From the NCBI GenBank assembly GCA_030748635.1, contig JASMLP010000001.1:13986-77985 (forward strand): a stretch of DNA of 64,000 nt. The letters are read 5' to 3'. The notes below the pieces were generated by a model. That model did not search any database. It worked only from the letters and a program-made list of their open reading frames with translations, and was not told the origin of the DNA. This DNA comes from Planctomycetota bacterium. GTDB taxonomy: Bacteria > Planctomycetota > JACQVV01 > JASMLP01. How positions within the stretch are numbered: position 1 is the first letter of the stretch; every line of letters starts with the position of its first letter. A program made the position numbers and the translations under genes. This document shows, one piece after another, positions 46,942-56,970 of the stretch.

Positions 46942-47829
46942 GTGACGGTTCCGCCCCCCCCCTCCACTCCCTACCTGGTCGTCCTTGGCACGGCCCAGGA
47001 CGGCGGCATTCCTCAACCCGCGTGTACAAAGAAGTGTTGTCGAAATAAGCGAAGCAATTCCTCCCTGCAGCGGCGCATCAGTTGCATGGGGATTATCGAT
47101 CCATCCTCGGGCCAAAGATGGATGATCGATAGCACCCCCGACTTTCCCCAACAAATCGATCACCTCTTATCGTGTGATCCTTCCTCGGATATGAAATCGA
47201 TGCGTGGGATCTTCCTCACCCACAGCCACATGGGACACGTCTCCGGCCTGGTCCACCTCGGCCCGGAAAGCCTCAACACAAACTCCTTGCCCCTTTACGC
47301 AACTCCCAAGTTGCACGACTGGATAGAAAGTGGACCCCCGTGGAAAAATCTTCTGAGAAACAGCCACACTCTTCGAAAAGAAATCGTTCCCGAGCAAACG
47401 ATAGAACTCACCCCTGAGATCCGATTGAAAGCGATCTGTGTTCCCCATCGAGACGAATACGCTGAAACGCTGGCTTTTCGGATCGAAGGCCCCCACCGTT
47501 GCGCCCTGTATCTTCCCGATATCGATAGCTGGAAGCATCTAGATCCACCGATAGAAGATCATGTCACAGCTGTCGACCGGGCTTATCTCGACGGAACGTT
47601 CTTCGATACCAATGAACTTCCCGGTCGCCCGATCTCCGAGGTACCCCATCCCACCCTATGTGAGTCCATGACGGAGTTCGATTCTCTTTCTCTCGAACAC
47701 CGATCGCGAATTCACTTCCTACACCTGAACCACACCAACCCTGTCCTGGACCCCCAGTCCACCGAATCCAAAACTTTGCGAGAAGCCGGATTCAAAATCG
47801 CGGAAGACGGAGAAATCTTTACGCTCTGA
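46942..47829 (+). CDS. MBL-fold metallo-hydrolase, PqqB-like
   Basis: N-terminus LVVLGTAQDGGIPQPACTKKCC resembles the PqqB LGSAAGGGFPQWNCNC block. THSHMGH metal-binding motif. Confidence 0.5.
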   Translation: MTVPPPPSTPYLVVLGTAQDGGIPQPACTKKCCRNKRSNSSLQRRISCMGIIDPSSGQRWMIDSTPDFPQQIDHLLSCDPSSDMKSMRGIFLTHSHMGHVSGLVHLGPESLNTNSLPLYATPKLHDWIESGPPWKNLLRNSHTLRKEIVPEQTIELTPEIRLKAICVPHRDEYAETLAFRIEGPHRCALYLPDIDSWKHLDPPIEDHVTAVDRAYLDGTFFDTNELPGRPISEVPHPTLCESMTEFDSLSLEHRSRIHFLHLNHTNPVLDPQSTESKTLREAGFKIAEDGEIFTL

Positions 47830-47859
47830 ATCCATCGATCATCAAACCCTGGCGCGTGT

Positions 47860-48960
47860 TCAACACGTGACTCCCAGAAGGCACTCGTAATTCTCTTCTT
47901 TCAAAGCCTCAGCCATCCAGGATTCGAAGAGAATCGGCTCTCCAGGGCCCTGTTCCAGAAAACTCCGATACGGCTCGAGTATCCACTCAACCACCCCCTC
48001 CAAACCGTCTCCGGTGTGAGCCGAAATCGGCAAGAAAGATTCTTCTGGACGGGAGTCTGCTCGATCACACTTGGATGCAATCCTCAAAACCCTGGGACCT
48101 TCCCCCCTGGACTCCACGAACTCCAGCCAATTTCTCTCACCACTGGAGAGAAGACGAGTCGAGTCCGAGAGGAAAAGAACATGATCGGCTTTTTCGACGC
48201 TTTCACGAGCGCGACCGATCCCTTTGGATTCCACCCCTTCGTTCGAAACCTCTCGATATCCCGCGGTATCGACAATTTCAAACGCCAAGGGCCCAAGAGT
48301 CGCCACCGATCGAACGACATCCCGAGTCGTTCCTGGAAGAGCGTTCACCAGCACTCGATCCCGCCCCAACAACCGATTAACGAGAGTACTTTTGCCTACA
48401 TTTGCTCCACCAGCCAACACAACCTGCGGGGGGTGAATCAGCGCTCGTCCGTAGGTCAAGGAACCGAGAAGGGAGCCGATTCCTTCCCGACTTTCGATGG
48501 CCTGAGCCAAAACCCCCCGAGATTGAGCCAACAGCACCCGAGCCGCCCAACGAGTTTGAACCCGTGAAAGAGCGAGACAAGCGGCCACGGTCACGGGAGC
48601 CACCCCTGAATACCGGGCTTGTTCACGAAACCAATCCGGAGCCGAAACGACATCCACCCCCACTCGACGCAAAAGATCTCGGGTTCTGCGACGCACAGCC
48701 AGCCCCCCATGCCCGTTGATCTCGAAAATCGAATGACCCCCCATCTCCTTCGAAAGTCCTCGCCGGCAGAGAACTTCATCCACCCTTTCGCCCGTATCGA
48801 CATCGATCAAAAAACCGTATTTCAACTCCCCCGATTCAGGAATCGCCCCTTCGAAAATCTCCCCGATCACCGACGCGGCGTCCCCACCACTCACGACGAC
48901 AACACCGATCCCACCCGCGCCCGCAGGTGTCAAAAACGAGGCCTGGACAGAAACCTTCAT
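47860..48960 (-). CDS. MnmE (TrmE)-like GTPase lacking the C-terminal helical segment and Cys-containing tail
   Basis: MnmE-like N-domain (GGIGVVVVSG). G motifs GGANVGKST, GTTRD and DTAG. Only ~36 aa follow the G domain, and there is no C-terminal CxGK motif. Confidence 0.55.
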   Translation of the reverse strand: MKVSVQASFLTPAGAGGIGVVVVSGGDAASVIGEIFEGAIPESGELKYGFLIDVDTGERVDEVLCRRGLSKEMGGHSIFEINGHGGLAVRRRTRDLLRRVGVDVVSAPDWFREQARYSGVAPVTVAACLALSRVQTRWAARVLLAQSRGVLAQAIESREGIGSLLGSLTYGRALIHPPQVVLAGGANVGKSTLVNRLLGRDRVLVNALPGTTRDVVRSVATLGPLAFEIVDTAGYREVSNEGVESKGIGRARESVEKADHVLFLSDSTRLLSSGERNWLEFVESRGEGPRVLRIASKCDRADSRPEESFLPISAHTGDGLEGVVEWILEPYRSFLEQGPGEPILFESWMAEALKEENYECLLGVTC

Positions 48961-49691
48961 GGCATCTCGTCGTCGAGGCGACGCAACCCCTCGAGAACGA
49001 GGTGAGGGACCACGGAGTCGATTCGGTCACTGACCGCCGCAACCGTCTGGGCATCCCCCCCCGTGGCGATAACCTGGACCTGTCCACCGCACCGATTTTC
49101 CGCTTCGCGAGTGAGGCGATCGAGAGTTCCAACCGCCCCCCACAAAACACCCGCTTGAATCGCTTCCTCCGTTCGAACTGCAAATGGTGACACCTCTGGA
49201 GACAGACTCACTTCTGGCAAAAGACTCGTATCTCGTGCCAGAGCCCGAATACCAAGCCCCAACCCCGGTGCGATCATCCCCCCCAAAAAAGTCCCATCGG
49301 ACTGAACCAGGTTGTAGGTAGCCGCTGTGCCGAAATCCACAATCAAGGTATCTCCACCGCTACGCTTCCATCCAGCAAAAGCCCCCAGCAAACGATCCAC
49401 TCCGACGGCATCGGGAGGATCACAAACGTTGGTCAGTGACCCGATTTGGGCTCCGCTTTCCACCACCCGAACCGGACAACCTGCCTGCAAGCGAATCTGC
49501 TCGAAGAGTTCTCCATCCAGATCGGGCCGAACCGAAGCGTATAGAATACGAGAAGGCTCTTCCCAGTCGACGGGCACCTGAAGAGTCTCTTCAGACTGAA
49601 ACCGATGGGTCTGCAACGGGACTTCGAGCGAATCCCCCCAACTTGCCATCGCCACGCGAGTATTCCCCGTACACACAGTCCAGACCGTCAA
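48957..49691 (-). CDS. coaX: Type III pantothenate kinase (CoaX)
   Basis: CTGNTRVAMA, IVDFGTAATYN and GGMIAPGLG are CoaX/ASKHA motifs. 4-nt overlap with the downstream GTPase gene. Confidence 0.8.
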   Translation of the reverse strand: MTVWTVCTGNTRVAMASWGDSLEVPLQTHRFQSEETLQVPVDWEEPSRILYASVRPDLDGELFEQIRLQAGCPVRVVESGAQIGSLTNVCDPPDAVGVDRLLGAFAGWKRSGGDTLIVDFGTAATYNLVQSDGTFLGGMIAPGLGLGIRALARDTSLLPEVSLSPEVSPFAVRTEEAIQAGVLWGAVGTLDRLTREAENRCGGQVQVIATGGDAQTVAAVSDRIDSVVPHLVLEGLRRLDDEMP

Positions 49692-49725
49692 AACAGTCCC
49701 CCTCCCGAAAACATGGATTCTCGAC

Positions 49726-50751
49726 CTAGGGAGAAAACTGAAACTGAATCTGCATTCGTCTTCCGGAACGCTCGACCTCGATCACGGCGGAAGAAGCGGT
49801 CGTGTTTTCTTCCATGATCCGATAAAAGTCATCCACGCTCGTAACCGGTTGCCCCATGATTTTGCGCACGATATCCTTGTTCCGAAATCCGTATCGGTAG
49901 GCGAGAGTTGACGAACCCGCGTCCTGCAGTTGCAACCCCAAGATCTCACCACTCTTCTGGTCTTGAAGCACCGCCAATTTCACCTCACTGAGGTACTGTT
50001 GCCGGTTCTCGTAGGCATCTTCCCAATCTGCCCGACCGATTTGCCAGCGGTTTGGAGCCAGTTTACGAGTCTGATTATCCTTGGGCCTACCCCCCATCGA
50101 TGAACTCCGAGAAGGGCCAGAACCGACCGAAGAGCTACGCCCTGGACCCCGACTGGGTCTGCGACCAGTCCCCTCGGAACCGGACTTCCCGTTCGTCCCT
50201 TCCAAGCCACCAGATAGCGGAGTGTACGTGACAAACCGCTTTTCCTTCCCATCGATCTCGAAATAGGCACCGGCTCGATTCATATCCTTGACGACACTGA
50301 TCAGTTTCACCCGCCTCCCGTCGGAGAGGAGAAACGGCTTGGCAGCAAATACATACTGGTGAATTCGCTGCTGCCCCATTCCCTCATCACCCCCACCGGG
50401 AGCGGCCCCGGTGTATTCAAAAACGATGTGGCGCAACTTCTCGCTTCCGGCACTGTTGAGTTCCAGAATTTTAATCGGCAAATTCTTAGGCAACTCCTTA
50501 CGAACGACTTCGCGCACCTCTGGCTTTACGGCGACCGGCTTGGGCACCCAACTCCAACAAACCCCAAAAGTCTGCTCGAAATCTCTTTGCGTCATCGCTT
50601 GACGCTGTTTCGCCTGGATCAACGGGCGCTCCTCAGGTGTTTTCGTCTGCGGCTTTTCCTGGAGGAACATGTTTCCACCTATTCCACCCAACCCCAAAAA
50701 GAGGATCACATTGAAAACACGCAACCCTTTTTGGGCATCGCCAATTCGCAT
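49726..50751 (-). CDS. Membrane-anchored protein with a GspC/PDZ-like C-terminus; paralogue of 50917-51519
   Basis: N-terminal TM segment. Block FGVCWSWVPKP...ILELNS...HIVFEY shared with its neighbour. PDZ-like C-terminus. Confidence 0.5.
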   Translation of the reverse strand: MRIGDAQKGLRVFNVILFLGLGGIGGNMFLQEKPQTKTPEERPLIQAKQRQAMTQRDFEQTFGVCWSWVPKPVAVKPEVREVVRKELPKNLPIKILELNSAGSEKLRHIVFEYTGAAPGGGDEGMGQQRIHQYVFAAKPFLLSDGRRVKLISVVKDMNRAGAYFEIDGKEKRFVTYTPLSGGLEGTNGKSGSEGTGRRPSRGPGRSSSVGSGPSRSSSMGGRPKDNQTRKLAPNRWQIGRADWEDAYENRQQYLSEVKLAVLQDQKSGEILGLQLQDAGSSTLAYRYGFRNKDIVRKIMGQPVTSVDDFYRIMEENTTASSAVIEVERSGRRMQIQFQFSP

Positions 50752-50916
50752 AAGAAACCTTTCCCGACAAGTAAACCTGAAATCGATGGAGAAAGAACCT
50801 TCAGGTTCATTCTACGCAACCAGACCAAAAAGGAACAACCACCCACCGCAAAGATCCGGGATCAGATCGATGAGGAAGCCCTGATCCATGAACGATATCC
50901 GGCCATAAGTCCTCTA

Positions 50917-51519
50917 CTAACCCCCACTTTTCTTCTTCCCCAAGGCAAAATAGGGGATGAATTCACGTCGAGTCGTCAGAGTTTCTTTCGTATCCAGACT
51001 GTCGAGAACCTCGAACCAGACCCCCATCTCCTTGTCGTTCTTGACAACCTGTAGAACCCGAACCAGTTGACGGGTCCCGATCAGGAAGGCCCGAGCATGC
51101 CCTACGAACTGATGAACCTGCTGATGCTCCATCTTCCCCTCAGCGAATCCAGGTATGGTCCCCCGATATTCGAATACCACATGGGACAGAGACTGATTGG
51201 GCGACTCATTCAACTCCAGAATTCGGATACTCTGATGCAATGGCGGCATGAACGGCTTCGAAACAGAAACAGGAAGCGTCTCACCTTCCAAGCTCTCGGG
51301 CTTGGGAACCCAGTTCCAACACACCCCATAGCGACTCACAAATTCTTCTTTTTCATCGGCAAAACGATTCACGCGAAGCTCTGGAGGAGCGGGGGCGCTG
51401 GGTGGAGATCGGAAAATCGGCACCCGGGCCCGGGCGACCTGTAAGGCAACCGCAAAAACGGCAACTACCAGTCCCAAGTTGGAAAGTCCCACCAATCGAC
51501 GCGCTTGCCGAAGAGTCAT
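50917..51519 (-). CDS. Membrane-anchored paralogue of 49726-50751 (shorter, lacks the PDZ-like tail)
   Basis: Shared block YGVCWNWVPKP...ILELNESP...HVVFEY. N-terminal TM segment. Confidence 0.5.
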   Translation of the reverse strand: MTLRQARRLVGLSNLGLVVAVFAVALQVARARVPIFRSPPSAPAPPELRVNRFADEKEEFVSRYGVCWNWVPKPESLEGETLPVSVSKPFMPPLHQSIRILELNESPNQSLSHVVFEYRGTIPGFAEGKMEHQQVHQFVGHARAFLIGTRQLVRVLQVVKNDKEMGVWFEVLDSLDTKETLTTRREFIPYFALGKKKSGG

Positions 51520-51758
51520 CGCGCCCCTACCGATAAGACTCGGGTCATCGTTGCCGGCAAACCGAACGGGGAGACTCTCTTCTCCACGATAACTCCAGCC
51601 TCATTCACCCGAAACTCCGGGTAGCCGAATGAGGGGTTTCTCGCTTCTCGAGGCCGACCTCGCAAATTACACAAATGAGCCATGCTATAGATATGATAGG
51701 ATGGAATTCGGTTCGAGTCACAAAACTACCCAAAAAGTCTTTCATCAGAAGAAATCCC

Positions 51759-52448
51759 ATGGTTCGTTTCTTACGCCACCTCTTCGTGATTTTCGCGGCT
51801 TCTTCTGTCTTTTTGGCCCCACCCCGAGTTCACGCCCAAACCCCGGATCCTCCGGCCAAGATCGAACTGGTCCAGAAACTACACACTCTCAAAATAAGCC
51901 TGGATTTCCAGGATATCCCCATAGAAGAAGCGATCGCCTTCATCGCCGAACTCACCGATACCAATCTGGTTCTGGACCCGAAAATATTCCTCAAAATCCC
52001 CCGGGAACGACTTCGAGTCCATCTGGTCGTTCGCGACCTCCCCGCGTGGGACGCCCTCTCGCTTCTTCTGAATATTCACGGATTGCAAGCTTCCTTTCGA
52101 CGGGGTGTCCTTTTCATCTCGACTCCAACCCGGATTCTCGGAAAACCCAAAGTTGTCGTGTACGACATTCGCGACCTACTTCTTTCCATTCGGGACTTTC
52201 CTGGGCCCCAGATCCGCCTGAAAGACGCCTCTCAGGACAACCCAACCGGGCCCTTGTTTGGAGAGCCCGAAGAATCCTCCTCGCCGGATTCACCCGGCGA
52301 CATCGTCGATCTCGTGAAAATGCATACCGGAGGAAGCACCTGGGAAAACAGACGGATCTCTATCTCGAGCCTGGGTGGACACCTGATCGTGGTGCAATAC
52401 GCTTCGGTCCACAAGGAGATCCAAGCCCTGCTCCAAAAACTCCGATAA
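51759..52448 (+). CDS. Secreted protein with a secretin-N/STN-like domain; ORF opens at 51675, likely start MVRFLRHLFVIFAASSVFLA
   Basis: Signal peptide. ISLDFQDIPIEEAIAFIAELTDTNLVLDP...VHLVVRDLPAWDALSLLLNIHGL is typical of secretin/TonB N-terminal short domains. Confidence 0.5.
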   Translation: MVRFLRHLFVIFAASSVFLAPPRVHAQTPDPPAKIELVQKLHTLKISLDFQDIPIEEAIAFIAELTDTNLVLDPKIFLKIPRERLRVHLVVRDLPAWDALSLLLNIHGLQASFRRGVLFISTPTRILGKPKVVVYDIRDLLLSIRDFPGPQIRLKDASQDNPTGPLFGEPEESSSPDSPGDIVDLVKMHTGGSTWENRRISISSLGGHLIVVQYASVHKEIQALLQKLR

Positions 52449-52472
52449 TCCCCGGCGTCGGAAGAAAACGAA

Positions 52473-53081
52473 TCAGTCCAGACGCTCCATCCAGACCAGA
52501 ATCTCCTTTCCGGCACGATTCGGAAAGCTGTCCCGGGGCACCTCGACCAAAGGAAACGAAAAATGTTTTCCAAATCGACGACGAATTTCTGCCTCCGTGG
52601 TCGTAAAGGGAGGACCCCCATCCTTTCCGTGGGCATAAAACACCCCGATCAAACTACCGCCAGGCCGGAGTAACCTCAAAACAGCCTCTACATATTCATC
52701 ACGACGTTTGGGATCGATAGCACAAAACAGAGTGTGTTCGACACACACATCGAATCGTTCTCCGGTATCGAGGAAGGTGAAAAAATCCGCAACCCGCCAG
52801 TCAACCGTACTGTCGGGGTAGGTTTTCTGAGCGTGGACCGTCGCAAGGGGAGCAAAATCGATAGCCACCACATCGTGCCCATCTTGATCCAGGTGAACAG
52901 CCTCATGACCTCGGCCACAACCCGGCACCAGAATTCGGGCCGGAGCCATGGACTGCTCGGCCAAAAATCTCACCAGAGGCGGAGAGGGTCCTCCCTTGTC
53001 CCAGGGCAACGAACCGTCCGCGTAAAGATCATTCCACCTTTCAGGTGTTGAGGGTTTCGAGAGCGGTCCTACATCCTTCAT
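52473..53081 (-). CDS. Thiopurine S-methyltransferase-like class I SAM-dependent methyltransferase; ORF extends to 53273, likely start MKDVGPL
   Basis: TPMT N-terminal block W..LY...SLPWDKGGPSPPL, and SAM motif VPGCGRGHEAVHL. Confidence 0.6.
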   Translation of the reverse strand: MKDVGPLSKPSTPERWNDLYADGSLPWDKGGPSPPLVRFLAEQSMAPARILVPGCGRGHEAVHLDQDGHDVVAIDFAPLATVHAQKTYPDSTVDWRVADFFTFLDTGERFDVCVEHTLFCAIDPKRRDEYVEAVLRLLRPGGSLIGVFYAHGKDGGPPFTTTEAEIRRRFGKHFSFPLVEVPRDSFPNRAGKEILVWMERLD

Positions 53082-53147
53082 CGACCCATTGTACAATACC
53101 CAGCCGAGGCACTCCCCTCTTCTGTCCCCCAATGATCGGAAACTCCA

Positions 53148-54533
53148 ATGAGCCTGATCTCCTCCTATCTCTCCACTCGAACCGAATGTTCGTGTGGCGC
53201 TCTTCACGAGATCACCACCCAACAGGTCGATATCGGCCCAGAAGTGATCCAGAACCTCGGAGCGGCATACCAAACGTGCTTTTCCGTACCCGCAGGAGAA
53301 ATCACTCTCTTCGCCGACCGGAACACCTTTGAAGTCGCTGGGCCGCAGGCGCTGGAGTCGCTGTCAACAAGCGGGCTCGATTGCCGAGTTGTGATTCTGG
53401 AGCCGGAATCCGGCCATCAGGATGTCGAGGCAACCGCAGACCGAGTTGACGAAGTCGAGAAGAATATCGATCCCAGCGGTTTCCCTCCAATTGCCATCGG
53501 ATCCGGAACCGTTGGCGATCTGGTCAAACTCGCCGCTTTTCGAGCCGGTCTTCCTTATGCGATGGTCGGCACAGCTCTTTCGATGAACGGGTACGCCTCC
53601 GGTATTGCAGCCATCCTGGAGGATGGTCTCAAGAAAACAATTTCTTGCCAGCAAGCCTCTCTCATCCTCCTCGACTCCTCTATATTGTTAACGGCTCCCC
53701 CAGATATGACCGCCGCCGGCGTAGGCGACCTGCTTTCCAAGCCGGTATCTCACGCTGACTGGACTCTCGCCTCCTGGGTACGCGACACCCCATACTGCCC
53801 GGCTTCCATCCATCCGGTATCCGATGCGACTCACCAGGTGATCGATCGAGTCGATGCCATCGCCGCAAAAGACCCGTCCGCTCTCTCCGCCCTTTCAGAA
53901 TCTCTCGTACTTTCCGGCTTCTCCATGGCACTGGCCGGATCAAGCAGTCCGGCATCGGGTGGCGAACACCTCATCAGCCACTATCTCGACATGGAGCAGC
54001 ACGCGCAAAACCAACCGATCCGAGCCTTCCACGGCTTTCAGGTCGCCCTGGGGACTCGACTGTCCCTCGAACTGTATCGCCGACTGCGTGATATCGACCC
54101 CAAAACAATCGATATCGAATCCGCTCTTTCTGAGCATCCTCCGACATATGAAGCCCTTCGAAATCGAATCGAACGGGATCACGCGCACCTTCCCCCACCC
54201 ATCCGTGAATGTATTCAAGAAGAGTCCAAAGCCGGATGGATTTCCACCGAAGAGAAAAGAGAAGAACTCGAAAAGATCCGAGATCTCTGGGATCCGATGT
54301 GGGAGCGACTCGAACCGATCCTCGAGGATTCACACCGGATTGCTCACGCACAAGGCGTCGTCGGATGCCCCAGAACACCCGAAGAGGCTGGAATCCCTCG
54401 CCCAGACCTCCGACGAGCCCTCCTCCTGAGCGCGGACATGCGCAACCGATACACCATTCTCCATTTCTGCCGCGATCTGGGCCTCCTCTCCCGCTGGAGT
54501 GAAAACATCCTGGAAACGGTCTTCCCGGACTGA
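53148..54533 (+). CDS. sn-Glycerol-1-phosphate dehydrogenase (AraM/EgsA)-like iron-ADH/DHQS-superfamily protein with a ~100-aa C-terminal extension
   Basis: GSGTVGDLVKLAAF...AMVGTALSMNGYASG matches the G1PDH GGG..D.AK...TAASMDG blocks. Confidence 0.6.
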   Translation: MSLISSYLSTRTECSCGALHEITTQQVDIGPEVIQNLGAAYQTCFSVPAGEITLFADRNTFEVAGPQALESLSTSGLDCRVVILEPESGHQDVEATADRVDEVEKNIDPSGFPPIAIGSGTVGDLVKLAAFRAGLPYAMVGTALSMNGYASGIAAILEDGLKKTISCQQASLILLDSSILLTAPPDMTAAGVGDLLSKPVSHADWTLASWVRDTPYCPASIHPVSDATHQVIDRVDAIAAKDPSALSALSESLVLSGFSMALAGSSSPASGGEHLISHYLDMEQHAQNQPIRAFHGFQVALGTRLSLELYRRLRDIDPKTIDIESALSEHPPTYEALRNRIERDHAHLPPPIRECIQEESKAGWISTEEKREELEKIRDLWDPMWERLEPILEDSHRIAHAQGVVGCPRTPEEAGIPRPDLRRALLLSADMRNRYTILHFCRDLGLLSRWSENILETVFPD

Positions 54534-54599
54534 GAGTCTCAGTCGATACGCTTACTGAATATCAACCAGCTATTTCAACCTCAACTTGCCCCCACCCCC

Positions 54600-56945
54600 A
54601 TGCGCCTGCACTGCCCACACTGTCAGAACCGATTCGAACGAAGCCATCTTCACGCAGACGAATCGATCGCTTGCCCTCGCTGTGACAAGTCCTTCGAACT
54701 CTCGAGCAAAGATACGATTCTCTATGTGAGCCAGGGGGAAGAACACTCCCCAGGATCTGAACCCGAGCCTCCTCTCCCCTTCCTGAGCCTCTCCTCCGGG
54801 CAACAACTAGGCGGCTTTGTCCTGGAAAATAAGATCGGCGAAGGAGGAATGGGGATCGTCTACCGCGCCCAACAACTCTCCCTGAGCAAACCGGTGGCCG
54901 TCAAAATCCTTCCGGCCCATCTTTCCGAGAATCCCGAATTTGTTCAACGATTCAACCGAGAAGCCCAAGCTCTCGCCGCATTGAGCCACCCCAACATCGT
55001 CTCGATCATCGACAAAGGTTTGGACCGAGGCCATTACTACTTTGCCATGGAACTGATCGATGGAGTCAACCTGAGAACTTTCATGGATCAGAGTCCACTG
55101 GAAATCGATCCGATCCTCTCGATCGTTCAGCAGATCTGTTCCGCCCTGGATTACGCTCATGACCAAGGACTCGTTCACCGAGATATCAAACCGGAAAACA
55201 TCCTGATCGATCGTGAGCAAAGGCTGAAACTGGCCGACTTCGGTCTCTCCAAGATTGTTCACGGAGAGACCGCAATTCTTCCGATCACCCGAAGCCACGT
55301 CACCGTAGGTACTGTCGAATATATGGCTCCAGAACAACGGCACCGTTCCAGAGATGTCGACCATCAGGCCGACATCTTTTCACTGGGGGTCATCCTCTAC
55401 GAGATGCTGACCGGTGAGCTACCGTTAGGCCGCTTCGAAGGACCCTCCACGTTCGCCCCTCTTCCCCAAGCCATCGACTCGGTGGTTCTCAAATGCCTTG
55501 ATCAAGACCCATCCCTCCGCTACCAGAAAGCCGGTGATGTCTACAAAGAGTTGCAGCAGGTATCTCACGAAAAATTCACAGATCGATCCAAACCCGGAAA
55601 AACTTCCCGCAACCGATCGAGCGATCGAGGCTGGACCTCCTGGATCTCCCGCCACAGTACCGGTCTGATTGTCACGATTTCATTCCTGGCTCTGGCACCT
55701 CCCTTACTCCCACTCTGGATTTTTATCTGGTCGATCAGCGCCGCGATTCAGCGAGTCCGCAATCGGCCCCCCAGGTCTCCTTCGACTCCGGCGTCGCCTG
55801 AAACCGAGAAAAACACCAAGACACTCCCCTTGGCCTATATGGCGCTGGCACTCTCTCTTGTTTTAGGAGGCCTCTCGATTCTCATAGGACTTTGGGAATC
55901 AATTATTTACGAAAATTTTATCGAATTGGACAGCCAGCAGATGATGCGAGGTCTTCTGTTCATCGCGTTCGCCTCGATCCCAGGAATCGGCCTGGTCCTC
56001 ATGTCCAGTTCCGCCATCCGTCATGCCAAAGCAACGCAACGGCCCGGTCGATGGATTGGCCGAATGGCCTTCTTCATCGGCCTCGCTTATCTCGCCCAAC
56101 TCTCCGCCCTTTGGACTGAAATGCGTGATGAATTCGACCACTGGACACGAGTCGAAACCCAATTAAAACAAGACATCAACGCATCGCTTCGATATCTGGA
56201 AGAAATACAGAAGAACCCACACAGTCGTCGGGCTCCCCGACTCACCCGTCAACTAGTCGCTGTCGATCCAACCACCGCCCCCACTCTTCTCGAGGCTGAT
56301 CTCCCCGCGGATGCGCGAGTAGCGGTCATCCGTGGCCTGGCCGGAAGTTCCGATCCGCTCGCGCTCTCCCTGCTAGAAACATCTGACCCCACCTCCTGGC
56401 CCGAATCGGTCCGGATCGCTTGGCTGGAATCACTCCACCGACTTCCAGCAGAACGAGCGATCAGCCAGATTCAATCCATCCTGAAGTCCCTGCAAACTAA
56501 CGCTGAATTTCAGGCAACCACCCTTCAGCTTGCCGCACTTCACAATCGTTCTACCCGAGCCCAAACCGTGATGATAGAGATTCTTCGTACTCGGGACCTT
56601 CGCTTCGCTCATCTCGTCGGCGAAAGCCTTCTCCAACTCGAAGGAGCCACGATCGTTCAGGCCTGGGCAGATATGGCTCAGGAAAACCGACTCGATCTCT
56701 CCTTACGAAAAAGAACTATGATCGCCCTCGCCCAAAGAAGTGACTGGGAATCGCTTCAAGCTCTGGTAGCTCTTCTCGAAGATCCGGATGCCGTCATCCG
56801 CGCCTCAGCTCTCGCCGCCCTGGAAACTCTCTACGGAACTCGACTCGGTTTTCAGCCATCTCTTTCACCAGACGTCGACTCCAACCGCAATGCGTTGAAA
56901 CAGTGGCAAGAACGGATCGAACAAAAGCGAAGTCGGCAAAACTGA
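54600..56945 (+). CDS. Ser/Thr protein kinase with N-terminal zinc ribbon, TM segments and C-terminal HEAT/ARM-like repeats
   Basis: CPHC...CPRC, then GEGGMGIVY, HRDIKPENILI, DFG and APE. Two hydrophobic segments follow the kinase. Confidence 0.85.
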   Translation: MRLHCPHCQNRFERSHLHADESIACPRCDKSFELSSKDTILYVSQGEEHSPGSEPEPPLPFLSLSSGQQLGGFVLENKIGEGGMGIVYRAQQLSLSKPVAVKILPAHLSENPEFVQRFNREAQALAALSHPNIVSIIDKGLDRGHYYFAMELIDGVNLRTFMDQSPLEIDPILSIVQQICSALDYAHDQGLVHRDIKPENILIDREQRLKLADFGLSKIVHGETAILPITRSHVTVGTVEYMAPEQRHRSRDVDHQADIFSLGVILYEMLTGELPLGRFEGPSTFAPLPQAIDSVVLKCLDQDPSLRYQKAGDVYKELQQVSHEKFTDRSKPGKTSRNRSSDRGWTSWISRHSTGLIVTISFLALAPPLLPLWIFIWSISAAIQRVRNRPPRSPSTPASPETEKNTKTLPLAYMALALSLVLGGLSILIGLWESIIYENFIELDSQQMMRGLLFIAFASIPGIGLVLMSSSAIRHAKATQRPGRWIGRMAFFIGLAYLAQLSALWTEMRDEFDHWTRVETQLKQDINASLRYLEEIQKNPHSRRAPRLTRQLVAVDPTTAPTLLEADLPADARVAVIRGLAGSSDPLALSLLETSDPTSWPESVRIAWLESLHRLPAERAISQIQSILKSLQTNAEFQATTLQLAALHNRSTRAQTVMIEILRTRDLRFAHLVGESLLQLEGATIVQAWADMAQENRLDLSLRKRTMIALAQRSDWESLQALVALLEDPDAVIRASALAALETLYGTRLGFQPSLSPDVDSNRNALKQWQERIEQKRSRQN

Positions 56946-56970
56946 TTTTTGGATACCCACCCGGCTGGGT

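Noticed and set aside
51629-52606. 325-aa + strand ORF in an alternative frame overlapping the secretin-N-like gene
   Set aside because: The translation is RS/PG-rich and featureless. The 51759-52448 frame gives a signal peptide and a recognisable secretin-N/STN fold pattern
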